Shown here in pieces: positions 16,761 to 27,449 of a DNA stretch of 64,000 bases (within the stretch, counting starts at the first letter, position 1; every line of letters starts with the position of its first letter). The notes under the pieces are model-generated. The model searched no databases and was not told the DNA's origin. It saw nothing but the letters and a program-made list of their open reading frames with translations. The translations under genes and the position numbers were made by a program. This stretch comes from Pelomyxa schiedti. Lineage: Eukaryota; Protista; Evosea. The stretch covers positions 124,001-188,000 of the forward strand of contig JAHLWZ010000171.1 in NCBI GenBank assembly GCA_020536535.1. The letters run 5' to 3'.

Positions 16761-19612
16761 ATGAAGAAGAAAGGAGCAGTGCCAAAGGGCGGAGCCGGTA
16801 AAGGGGGAGCCAAGAGAGGAGGCTTGGCCAAGAAGAAAAATAGCACGTCTACGTCCGCCGTGGCAGCGTCGTCGCAGCATGCCAAAGACGCAGCCACTAG
16901 CGCCCCTTCGTGTACCGCCACGTCGCCTTGTTGTTCTCTCGCAACTCCTGCTTCGACTACGCCATCATCTGCCGCTGCTGAGGGCAGCGCCACGTCTGCC
17001 AACACTAGTGACGCTGCCACAAGCGCCGTCGTTTGTGCAGATGCCGCCAAGGGGACTGACGACGCGCCGTCACCGTCGCCGTCGCAGTCGGCGTCGGCGT
17101 CGGCGAGTGCGAGGGACCAAGCGGCGGCGGCGGCGGCGGCGATGGGGACACCTGCGGCCGCGGCCACGGCCACGCCCACCACCACTACGACGGGAAGCAG
17201 GCAGCCGCGGGCCCTGATTGTGGGAGGACTGGGATTTGGCGACGAGGGGAAGGGCTCCATCGTGGATTTCCTTTGCCGGGCCGAGGGGGCTACTTTGGTC
17301 GTGAGGCACACCGGTGGCCCTCAGGCAGCTCATCACATAGTCCTGCCTGATGGCAAGTGGTAAGCCCCGTTGTTGCATTTTTTGTGTCTTTTCACTTTTT
17401 TTTTTTTTAAAAAAAAAAAAAAATTTTAACTGGCTTTTTTGAAAAGGCACTGCTTCAGTCAGTTTGGATCAGGAATGCTTGTTCCGGGTGTTAGCACACT
17501 TCTTAGCAAGTATATGCATGTTAGTCCTATCACTCTTGAGCCAGAGTTAGACCGCTTGGTTTCTGAGATGAAAGTTTTCAACGCCAAACAACGTTTGTGG
17601 ATTGACTTTGGCTGCCCATTGGTCCTGCCAGCGCATAAATTACTGGGGAGGTTGCGCGAATTGTGTAGAGGGAAGAACCGTTATGGGAGCACTGGTGCTG
17701 GCGTAGGAATCGCAGCTCTAGATACTGAAGCTGAAAGAAGGGGTGACCCCAATGTATGTGAACGACACAATGAAAACTTTTGTTTTTGTGTCCTGCCTTT
17801 TAATGATGGTTAAAGCATCATGGATATAGGCACCAACCGTTATAAGGATAAAAGACCTCTGTGATCCTGCTGTTCTTAAGGATAAGTTAACTCGACATTA
17901 TACAGAAAAATTGACATTGGCAAATGCTGTTATCAGCGAATACATGTCACTAGCTCCACCTCCTGAGTATATTACTTTCATTAAACTGAAGTCCCACTCA
18001 ACACAAAAAGAGGAGTGTGCTGCAGTTGTGGGAAAAAGGGAAGTACCAGCCGATGCACAAGATGTTTGAATGCGTATTACTGTGGCACTGCATGTCAAAG
18101 GGGACATTGGCCAACACACAAACTCTCATGTAAATCGGTGAGACAATTGTGACTAATGACTCCATTCTTATACCAGTTAGTTTTCAGCAAGAGTTGCACA
18201 ATTAAAACACCTAGACCACAATGTCACATCTTATGAACCATCTGCACTTAATGAAATGCTGAAACTTGTCAAGCAAATGTCTCAGCAATACAGTCTAGTA
18301 GCTTTGATGGAACTTCTCACTAAGTTTTTCAACTCTTATTCCTCCCAAGTATGCTGTGTAGTCTGTGTGGTAATGTGAAAAGGCTCACTTATTAATCCAG
18401 TTTGTGAACGGCACAGATTTCCTTCGCACCACATTTGGAAGAGGCGAGGCTGTTGTTTTCGAGGGGGCACAGGCAGCACTGATTGATAAAGATCATGGCT
18501 TCCATCCCTACATCACAAAAACCTCCTGTACATCTGAAAACGCACTGAGCCTCATAGCAGAAACTGGAGTTCCCTGCACGGTCAGCAGAATAGGTGACTA
18601 ATTACGTCTGCTGCGACGACTTAGTAATGAAACTCCAGGTGTAATGAGATCATATGGTGTGCGTCATGGGGCTGGTCCTTTTGTCACAGAATCCACTGAT
18701 CCAGTGTGTACTTTTTTAATTTTTATTTGAGTTTGAAGGTTATTTATACTTATAGTAAGTAAGCCTAAGGTGCAGTAAATAACCCCAAACATAGAGCTTT
18801 GCAGCCCTCGTACCAGAAATTCACAACACCGCCGAGACTTGGCAAGGAAAGTACCGCTCAGGGGCGTTGGATTTGCTTGTACTGAAGTACGGGGTGGATA
18901 TTTTCGGAGGCGTTGACTACATTGCACTTACTCACACGGACTGCATGCGCAAGCTCGGTGGTGAGTGAGATAATTTTCTTAAGCTTAACACCTCCGAAAC
19001 TGCGGCCTTTTCGCGTACCTCAAGCAATCAACCCAAAATTACTCACTGATTAACAGACAAGTTCTCATATTGTGACGAATATGAATACACTGGCGCGTGG
19101 GAAGACTGTATCCCCGATTTCTTTGATGTCGTTGGCACCCCGCAATCACAATTACAACCACAACCACAAGCACAGCCAGGGGGTGCTGTGGTTCTAAGGG
19201 CACTGCGCAATCCGCGATCACGCACCCCGGCGGTGTCCGAACTGAGCAGGTCAGGAAAGCTAGCGGCACTTATGGGAAGCTGCCGCCCACGGGCCCTTCA
19301 GTACCTGCCAGTAAAGCCCAACCCATCCACGTGTGTTCTATCTACTATCTCTTCTTACTGCGCAATCTACCTACCACCTGCTTTTAATGAAGAAAAGCTT
19401 AACGCTCCCACCACAGGGATGATTTAGGTGACCTGAGATCAATAGTACAAACAAGAGCACACGGCACCAATGGATTCGCACACGTCGATAGGGGCGCGGT
19501 GCCTGCGGACGTGATGTCACTAATAACAGCCATTGAAGGTCACCTTTGTGCTCCTGTGGGGATTGTGTCTTTCGGCGCCCCAGCCACACACAAGTTCTTC
19601 CTCAATCCCTAA
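16761..19612 (+). CDS. Adenylosuccinate synthetase (PurA)-like ligase of a divergent, bacterial type, with a ~150-aa Ala/Ser/Thr-rich N-terminal extension
   Basis: GLGFGDEGKG; RHTGGPQAAHHIV; HCFSQFGSG; GSTGAGVG; VFEGAQAALID.DHGFHPYIT; RSYGVRHGAGPFVTE; ALTHTD; C-terminal PVGIVSFG. Confidence 0.88.
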
Positions 19613-19763
19613 AACAGACAAGATTCACCTTCCTGTCACCCACCAAGAAACATGATTTTTTTTCATCTGACATTGTGCAAAAATCGGGGCGTGTACATTG
19701 CCTTTTCATTCCAAGAAAGATCTACGAGGCGCAATACGCTGCCTGCAGTGAAGCGGTCGGCGA

Positions 19764-21658
19764 ATGACCAACAACAACGGAGGAGGAGGAGGCGGTGGCG
19801 GCGAGGACCTTGCGCAGGTTGGGTTGTTGCACGGGGGCGTGCAGGCCAAGAGGGAAGATGAAACGACCGAGAAGCACGAGGTGGTGTCGGAGGAGCGAGG
19901 AGAAACGGCGGGGGGGCCGACTTGGGCGAGGTGGTACGTGCTGTGCGTGTTCTCGCTGGTATCTTGCGTGCAGTGCCTCAACTGGTTCACTTTTTCAAGT
20001 GTCCCTGGTGCGTCTGAATATGAATATGAATTGAATAGCTAATGCGCCATGGCGCGGCGCACAAAGTGCCGCTGTCTAAACCCTGTCTAAACCTTGGTTG
20101 CAGAAGAAAGTATGGAATACTACGGCATAAGCAATAGCACCCTAAATGCTCTCTTGAATTGGGGTCCGTTGATGATTGTGGTGGGGGGCCCCGTCGTGGC
20201 GTGTGCTCTTAGTTTTCAGAGAGGGCTAAGGTTGCCACTGGATTTCTTCCATTCCGTGACCCAGCTGGTTACAACAACATTCTTTTCAGGACATGTGTAA
20301 TTATTGGAGCAGCAGCTATACTCAGTGGCAGTGTCGTACGAGCTATACCCTGTTGGGTGAGTGACGATCTGAGAAAATCAGCTTTTGGCGTGGCTTTTTT
20401 GCACATTGGGCAGATATTAAATGCCATCTGCGGGCCTGTTGCAATGGTATCTGTTCCCCGTGTAGCTTGTGTATGGTTTCCTGATAAAGAAAGAACCACA
20501 GCTACTGCTATTGCCTTTATTTCGAATGGTGCTGGGTTTGTTCTTGGTAACAATCACTTTATTATCTATCTTCATTAATGTCTTCCTACAGGATTTGTGG
20601 TTGGGCCGCAAATTGCTACTGCATCTTCACGAATTCCGCTCTTAATATACACCGAAATTGTTATGGCTGGGGTTGTTTCCGCACCTGCTCTTATCCACTT
20701 CCCCTCAAGTCCAAGAAGTGCACCTTCAGCAGCCGCTCTGGCTGCAAATATAGGAGAAAAAAAAACCAATTCCCTGGTGTGTATAGTTCGTAAAGACCCC
20801 TCTCCTTTTCTACATCAATCCACAATACAACAACAAAACATGATAAAATAACAAGAATATAGAATATTAAGCACATTTTTGACTGGCATGACGAAACAAG
20901 TTACATTCGAGGAATTTGGCATTGTTTTTCAGTAATTCCTTGCTGCCAACCTTTCCCCTCATGTTGCACAGACCGCCAGTGCTTGTTTAACGATTTTAAG
21001 TGGAAGTATGCAAGCAGGAATAATTTCGGGGTGGGCTGGCTGTGTTCCTCAAATTTTAGCAAATGCTGGCTATGATACAAAGATTGCTGGTTGGATGGGG
21101 TTTTCAAACACTTTAGCTGGTACATATTTCAAACAAAGCAAGCCACCTCGTAACACTACTCATAGCTATTGTTGGCAGTGTGGCAAATGGAATTATTGCT
21201 GATAAACTTATCCCATTTCACCTGAAGCGGCTATTATTGTGTGAATTTTTCCTGTCAATTTGCTTGTATTCTATCATTTGCCTCTGCCTTCCTGGACCGT
21301 GGTGGGAAACGCCAGTAATCACCATTGAGGCCGCTGCCCTAGGAGTTATATTCGCATTTGCTGGTCTGTTTCAAGGGTAACTCTCTTCTCGTGTTTCTAT
21401 CTGACTTTCCAAAACAGTGCCTTGTATCCTGTAATGCTGGAGTTAGCATCTGAAGTTGCTTACCCTGTTGGTGAAGGCACTGTTGGAGGCATAATGAGTG
21501 TTATCTGGAATGTGTGCACACTAGTGCTCCTTGCTTGCGCATCCTTTCTGACTGACAATGAAGCGTTCAATCTTGTTACTGTTGGAGTTCTTCTTTCTTG
21601 CACTGGCATGGTTATTGGCGTGACTGAGGACCACAAGAGAACAACAGCTGGACAATAA
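19764..21658 (+). CDS. MFS transporter, SLC49 (FLVCR/DIRC2-like)
   Basis: RWYVLCVFSLVSCVQCLNWFTFSSV; LHIGQILNAICGP; WFPDKERTTATAI; FPSSPRSAPSAAA; ELASEVAYPVGEG. Confidence 0.9.
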
Positions 21659-21786
21659 GGAGCCATTTTTTGAGGACTGTTGTAACACTAATGTTCAACA
21701 AGTTTTTTTGTTGTTGTTGAAGAGATACATCCCAAAATGCTTCTTCCATTAATCACACAAACACAGCTGAACCCCATAATCGCAGT

Positions 21787-22501
21787 TCAGCTGTTGTGAA
21801 CAGTCACAAAGTCAGAGGTATGCCTCCTCTTCCTCGACTTCTCTGGCAGGCCATGGGCCGGAGGGTACCCGATGGTCAGCACCAAGATTGGCCTCTCGAC
21901 GCTGACGTCAGCAATTCCAACTGCGTCGGCGATGTCCTTGTCGTGGAACGCGCCGATCCAACACGTCACGAGGCCCAAGGAGTGCGCCGCCAGCTGCGCG
22001 TAAGTGGCTGCGATCGTCGCGTCCTGGATGCAGTAGAGCTGCTCGCCACGTGAGCCGTAGTGCTCTGAGGACTGCTCGGGCAATGCGCAGAAAACCATCA
22101 ACCCAGGTGCCTCGTTGATCCTATGGCACAAGCACTTTAGAAGTTGGCAAGGTGGTAGGTAGGTAGTAGTAGTAGAAGTAGGGTGGTGGTGCCTACCAAC
22201 TTCTCTTGGAGAAAAGGTGGCGTCCGCCTGTTATGGGCATGCAGATGTGCACGCTGTAGGCCTGTAGGTTGCCAGCCGAAGGAGCCAGCCTCGCTGCCTC
22301 AACGAGTTGCATGAGCGTCGCCTGGGAGACGGGCCGGGCTGCGTCGTACTCCCTCACGGACCGGCGGTGGCTCAGAAGATCCAGCAAGGCCCTGTGGGAG
22401 TCCGTCTCCGCTGCGCCACTTGCATCCGGCGAAGAAGTGGAAGTGGAAGTGGAAGCAGCAGAAGCGGATGTGGGTGGTTCGCTGAGAGACGTCGAGGACA
22501 T
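21787..22501 (-). CDS. Nitroreductase family flavoprotein, prokaryote-type, one intron
   Basis: RRSVREY; AARLAPSAGNLQAY; QDATIAATYAQLAAHSLGLVTCWIGAF; LTIGYP. Confidence 0.92.
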
Positions 22502-22730
22502 CAAAAGTTTTTGTTTCCTTCCTGGTGATCCTTCTGACTGCTGTGCAACTGAGAAGTGAGAGCGGAGAGATCCCCGTACTGGCCTCATTCTGTGAGTCCG
22601 CCAGTAACGTTGCAAAAGGGAACAACAAACCAGCAACATCGCGAAAAAATCGTAGAAATCAAACGACAACACAAAAAAAACCGAAACAACTTGTTTACGG
22701 TTACAACACGCAGCTGCGCTGTGGCGTGAG

Positions 22731-24016
22731 ATGACGAGAGACTCGTCCCTCTTGCTCGCCGTGGTGGTGGTTGTGGCCACAATGGTGTCTTCCTGGGGCA
22801 CACGCCCAGCCTCCGGGGCGGCGTGCCCCACCATGTACATTGGAACCAGGACCACCAACGCCCCAGCTGAGTACGGCGTAGGCGTGCCCTTGCTTGGACA
22901 GGGCTACATGTCGGCCTCGGTGGGCACTGTTACCATGAACTTGACAATGCGGTGTGTGCCAGTGCGTGGCTTTTTTTTTTTTTTGGTTGTTTTAGCAATT
23001 TTGAACTGAATGGAACTATGTAAGATAGGTTACCGTACGTCGGGACCGTGGGTACCTCGGCGTTACAGACACCTAGTGATATCGGTTCTGCTGTGACCCT
23101 GTCTTCACCAAGTTGGCAGAACCTGACTCACAGCACTGTACAGTTTATGATGGAATATTTCATGAAGACAAGTACCCAATCTATGTCAGATATGATGTAC
23201 TTAACGTCAACTTTAGCCTGCTCTTGCCATGGTTATTTTGTCCTTTCGGCCAACGTGTCTTGTGACCCAAAGAGCTCTTATTCCTGCGATACTATTACTC
23301 TTAACTCCCATCCACTATTTAATATTACTATCCCCGTCTACTCTCCAAGTTCAAGCTCCGAATCACTCAGCACAAGCATCAGCGAGAGCCACAGCAACAG
23401 TGGCAGCAGTGGCAGTGGCAGTGAGAGTGAGAGTGAAAGCTACAGCACGAGCACAAGTATGAGTTCTAGTGCCAGTGAAAGCAAAAGTCACAGCGCCAGC
23501 AACAGTGCCAGCAAAAGTCACAGTGCCAGCAACAGCAACAGTAACAGTAACAGTGCCACTAGTAATAGTTACGTTGTGAGTGACAGTGCCAGTGCTAGTG
23601 TGAGTGGCAGTGATAGTTATAGTGAGAGCCATAGTCAGAGCAAGAGTGATAGCCGTAGCAATAGCAATAGTGAGAGTGAGAGCGATAGCGATAGCAATAG
23701 TGAGAGCCGCAGTGTCAGTGCAAGTCTCAGCAAATCAGATAGTGATAGTAGAAGCTCAAGTGGCAGCTACCGCACTAGCCAGAGTGTGAGTGTAAGCAGC
23801 CAAAGCAAGGATAGCAGTGCGGGAGGCAACACAAGCCCCAGCCCCAGCTCCAGCACCAGCCACAGCAACAGTGATGCAGGACTGGAAACTTGGGTCATAA
23901 TCACAGTCATATGTGCTGCTGCACTTGTTGTGTTTGCCGCGATTGTTGTTATACTAGTAGTCTTCTGCTGCTGTCGGCGCACCAGAATTCCTGTGCCAAA
24001 GCCGGCTCAATGGTGA
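22731..24016 (+). CDS. Type I membrane glycoprotein: signal peptide, Ser-rich stalk, single TM helix, short Cys/Arg tail
   Basis: Hydrophobic N-terminus LLLAVVVVVATMVSSWG; ~170-aa Ser-rich tract; TM WVIITVICAAALVVFAAIVVILVVF followed by CCCRR. Confidence 0.75.
23360..23875 (+). repeat. Low-complexity Ser-X (AGY-NNN hexamer) coding repeat
   Basis: Runs such as agtgagagtgagagtgaaagc, agcaacagtaacagtaacagt and duplicated agcaaaagtcacag(c/t)gccagcaacag. Confidence 0.7.
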
Positions 24017-24162
24017 AAGTTGTGAGCTGTTCTTCCCGCACTGTTTCCAAAGCTTGTTCATAGGAAAACAACCTGAAAAGTAAAGCGTTTTCCGTGTTCC
24101 AGTCTCCCCCAAGAAACAAAAAAATTCCTCATACAGAAAAAAGATTTGGATTCGCGAAGCGA

Positions 24163-25590
24163 ATGAGCGCCGCGGCAAGCGAGGAGGAGCTCGTACGAGG
24201 GCCACCCGAGGCTTCCCGTGTCAGATTCGGCGACGTTGTGAGCTGCAGCGGGGAGGACGCTGCTGTGATCGACCACATCCGCGCCGTCCACGGCATCGAG
24301 GACAGCGCCTGCATCGTGGACTGGGTGTCTCGGTCCAGGCCGCGCGGATTCGGGATTATGGCCACAACTTCTCGGCAAACCGAGCTCCTGGGCGAGGCTG
24401 CCAGTGGGGGACCAATTGGCGGCGGCGAATTGGCGCCAATTGGGGGCGCCGGGAGGGAGGTGGCGGCGTGGATGTGCTTGATTCCGACTGACTTGGTGTT
24501 CGACGGCGTCGTGTTGCACGCAGCACAGATGGGAATTGTGGGAACGCTCCCGCAGTACCGCGGGAAGGGCTTCATCAGGAAGCTATCTGCTCAGTTTGAG
24601 GCTGAGGCTGCGGCTAGAAATATGCCCCTACTTATCATTGCTGGAATTCCTCACTTTTACCGAAAGGTCGGGTATGATTATGGGATGAAACTACCCTGGT
24701 GGGTAGAATGCAGAGAAAGCTTCTCGGGCGGGAAAGGGTTCTATATCCAAAAAGTGGAGCAAACAGGGCAAATGGAAGAATATGTTGCGCGAAGAAGCTC
24801 GTGGTGGGAGAGACTTGTGGAATGTTACAGGTTTCTTGACGTGAAGGAGGTTGCTCGAATCAGCAGCTTCGCGAGAATTTCTGACAGTGTTTTCTGTGGT
24901 GAGTTTTATTTTCTCAGGCGCCAGGATACTGATGCTGTCTGCGGTCTATTCTCTTTATTCACCAACTTTGGAAAGTGCATAGTATCTGAATTATACATCG
25001 ACAGCCAGAGTGAAGAATTCATTGAGAACGCAATCAAGGTTATAGTTCAATCCTCGATACCGAAAACCCCATTCCCCGTCGTAGTGGAACAGCCAGTCCA
25101 AAAGATAGTGGAGGGGGTTGTTGTCCGCCTTACTGGCTTGAAACAATTTCCGCCACCCTATAGCTGGTGGACAAAGGTACCTGATATGCATGCCTTTATG
25201 CAAGTTCTACTCCCGGTTCTGTCCAAACGGCTGAGAGAAAGCTCCACCTTGAACACCTACACAGGAAGCCTAGTTTTGCACAGCTTTGAACCGGGAAAGT
25301 CACTCCGGCTTGCTATCTGCAATGGACAGGTGGCTTCCCTCACTCGAACCACAGAAGAAGACGGCGAACCAGACCAGATATCATACCGCACTGCAACTCC
25401 GACCCTGAAACCAGGCCACCCCGAAGTGTTTGCCTCGTGCCCGGCAGCACTCACACACCTGCTTCTGGGGCGGCACAGCCTTGATGAGGTGATCGACTTC
25501 TTCCCTGACACATGCGGTACGCCAGTGGCCCTGTCTCTAGTCACAGCACTGTTCCCAAAACTATCCCACTACAACATTATCTGTGTCTAA
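24163..25590 (+). CDS. Eis-like GNAT acetyltransferase (tandem GNAT plus SCP2-like C-terminus), intronless
   Basis: Uninterrupted 475-codon ORF; acetyl-CoA motif VGTLPQYRGKGFIRKL; IAGIPHFYRKVGYDY; C-terminal LTHLLLGRHSL...LVTALFPK. Confidence 0.8.
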   Translation: MSAAASEEELVRGPPEASRVRFGDVVSCSGEDAAVIDHIRAVHGIEDSACIVDWVSRSRPRGFGIMATTSRQTELLGEAASGGPIGGGELAPIGGAGREVAAWMCLIPTDLVFDGVVLHAAQMGIVGTLPQYRGKGFIRKLSAQFEAEAAARNMPLLIIAGIPHFYRKVGYDYGMKLPWWVECRESFSGGKGFYIQKVEQTGQMEEYVARRSSWWERLVECYRFLDVKEVARISSFARISDSVFCGEFYFLRRQDTDAVCGLFSLFTNFGKCIVSELYIDSQSEEFIENAIKVIVQSSIPKTPFPVVVEQPVQKIVEGVVVRLTGLKQFPPPYSWWTKVPDMHAFMQVLLPVLSKRLRESSTLNTYTGSLVLHSFEPGKSLRLAICNGQVASLTRTTEEDGEPDQISYRTATPTLKPGHPEVFASCPAALTHLLLGRHSLDEVIDFFPDTCGTPVALSLVTALFPKLSHYNIICV

Positions 25591-25677
25591 CCCAAAGCCG
25601 AAAGACAGCACAGTCTTTTTTTTTTTCTTCGAAGTGGTGCAACTAACTTGTATTTTTCAACCGAAGCACGAGCCACC

Positions 25678-27166
25678 ATGCTGAAGAAAATCACCGAGAC
25701 CCTGCTGTGGGGCAAAGGGCCCAAAGCCGGCACTGGGACAGGGGGAGCAGACGGGACAGGAGCGGGCGCGGGCGCGGGAGGGGGCAGCGGGAGCCGCAGG
25801 GCGCCGCCGCCCCATCTGCCGCCCAAGGCGGAGGTGGCGGGGCCCAAGGAGGCGGTGGTCACGTGCAGGAGGCTGTGGCGGGCGGCCAAGTTCGCGCCGC
25901 TGCCTGGGGGGGACTTCCCGACGTACAGGATCGCGTACTGGGACGGCGTGCTGTATTCCGTGCTCGTGAAGAAGCGCGTCGTGCGCATGATCGACGAGCG
26001 GGGTGTGTGGTTTGTTGTTTTTGCCGCCTGCTTTTTTTGTTTGGCACTTGTTTGCGTCGCCTTTCCGTTTTGGGTTTTTCATGGGACTAAAATAGGGGAG
26101 GAAACGTACGCTGGAAAGCCACAGGAGGAGGGCGTTAAAACAGCTAGAGATGGACCATTTAGCACAGCTCTTTTCTCGAATCCGGAACTTGTTAGTGTGT
26201 CTCCTCACACTGGGGAAGTATTTGTATTTGACGAACATGCGGGCGAATGGAACCTGAGAAAGTTGTCTAGTGGTACGTAGTGGACTTCACTATGGTAATC
26301 CCATTTGACAAATGTAGGACTTGTCACCACTGTGCGCCATGTTCCACGTGTGGACCAGCCATGCGGAAGCTGCTTTGACATGGTGGGCAATATTTACGTG
26401 TGCTCTCAAAGAGATAATGACCTTTGGAAAATAAGCTCAACTGGTATGTAAAGGGGACACTTTCACGCTATGGGATTTGTCCAAACTTTTTTTTTTAGGT
26501 TCTCTCAAAAAACTGTCCTCTGGATTCAAGAGACCAGCTGGAGTTATCTTGGGAAATGACAGCTTCCTATATGTGGCAGATTCTGCCGACGACACCATAA
26601 AAAAATGCGATCCAAATAGCGGTTCATACCTTCAGTACTTTATTTCTAAATTATAGTTTTTGTAATGATTAACAAAAGGTAGGGGATGTAAGTATATTTC
26701 TTAGTAGAGCCTATGATATAGATGGCAATCAAGAAAAATTAAGTTGGCCATATTGGTTGGTGCTCTCCCCTTACGGAGACATGTTCCTCTCAGAGTGCCT
26801 TTCAGAGAAGATTCGGAGGATAACACCAGATGGTACTCCCAGTGATATACAGCAGAATTAATACCTATTGTATAAAAAGGGATTGCAACCACAATTGCTG
26901 CCTCTGGGCACAATGGCTTGCTCAAGGCACCCCTGCTTGGAATGGTGCTCACAAAGGGAGGCTCTCTCTTAGTAGGGGATAAGGAACGTGGTTGCATTTG
27001 GAAAATCACAAGGCCTCTTCCCCTATTCTATGAGTTACGGCCACTATTCATTGCGTGGAAAAAGAACGAAACCGGTTGCATACAAAGAGGACTGCCCCTG
27101 CACATACTACAACTCATAATTGAATTTGCTTGGGACTGCACTATCCCCCGGCCACTTCAACTCTGA
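25678..27166 (+). CDS. NHL-repeat beta-propeller protein with a C-terminal helical box
   Basis: RDGPFSTALFSNP; DQPCGSCFD; GFKRPAGVIL..FLYVADS; LLVGDKERGCIWKI; tail LRPLFIAWKK...GLPLHILQLIIEF. Confidence 0.7.
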
Positions 27167-27449
27167 ATCCATGTGTGCAACATTCTGTGAATTGATCTTG
27201 CTTCGATGCACCGATACGAACAAAAAAAAAACAAAGAACCTTTCTTTCACCTTCATCATCACTCTTGGCCGTGGGCACCAACTTGGCCTGCTGCCGCCGT
27301 CGTCCCACGATTCACTTGTCCCACAATTTTCTTCCTTCGGGTTTCTACTTTGAACTTTGTGGAGCGGCGGAGTTGTGAGGGCGTAAGGTGGGGGTTGGCT
27401 GTTTTTGGGTTTTATTTCCCCTTGACGCGGTGTTGGGAACAACGAGAAC

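Noticed and set aside
16761-19612. PurZ (2-aminoadenine DNA synthesis) call
   Set aside because: The P-loop is GDEGKG with the PurA-type Asp rather than the PurZ-type Ser, and no DatZ/MazZ or phage context is present
23360-23875. Repeat array as CRISPR or satellite
   Set aside because: Degenerate in-frame Ser-X codon repeats inside a membrane-protein exon, with no repeat-spacer structure
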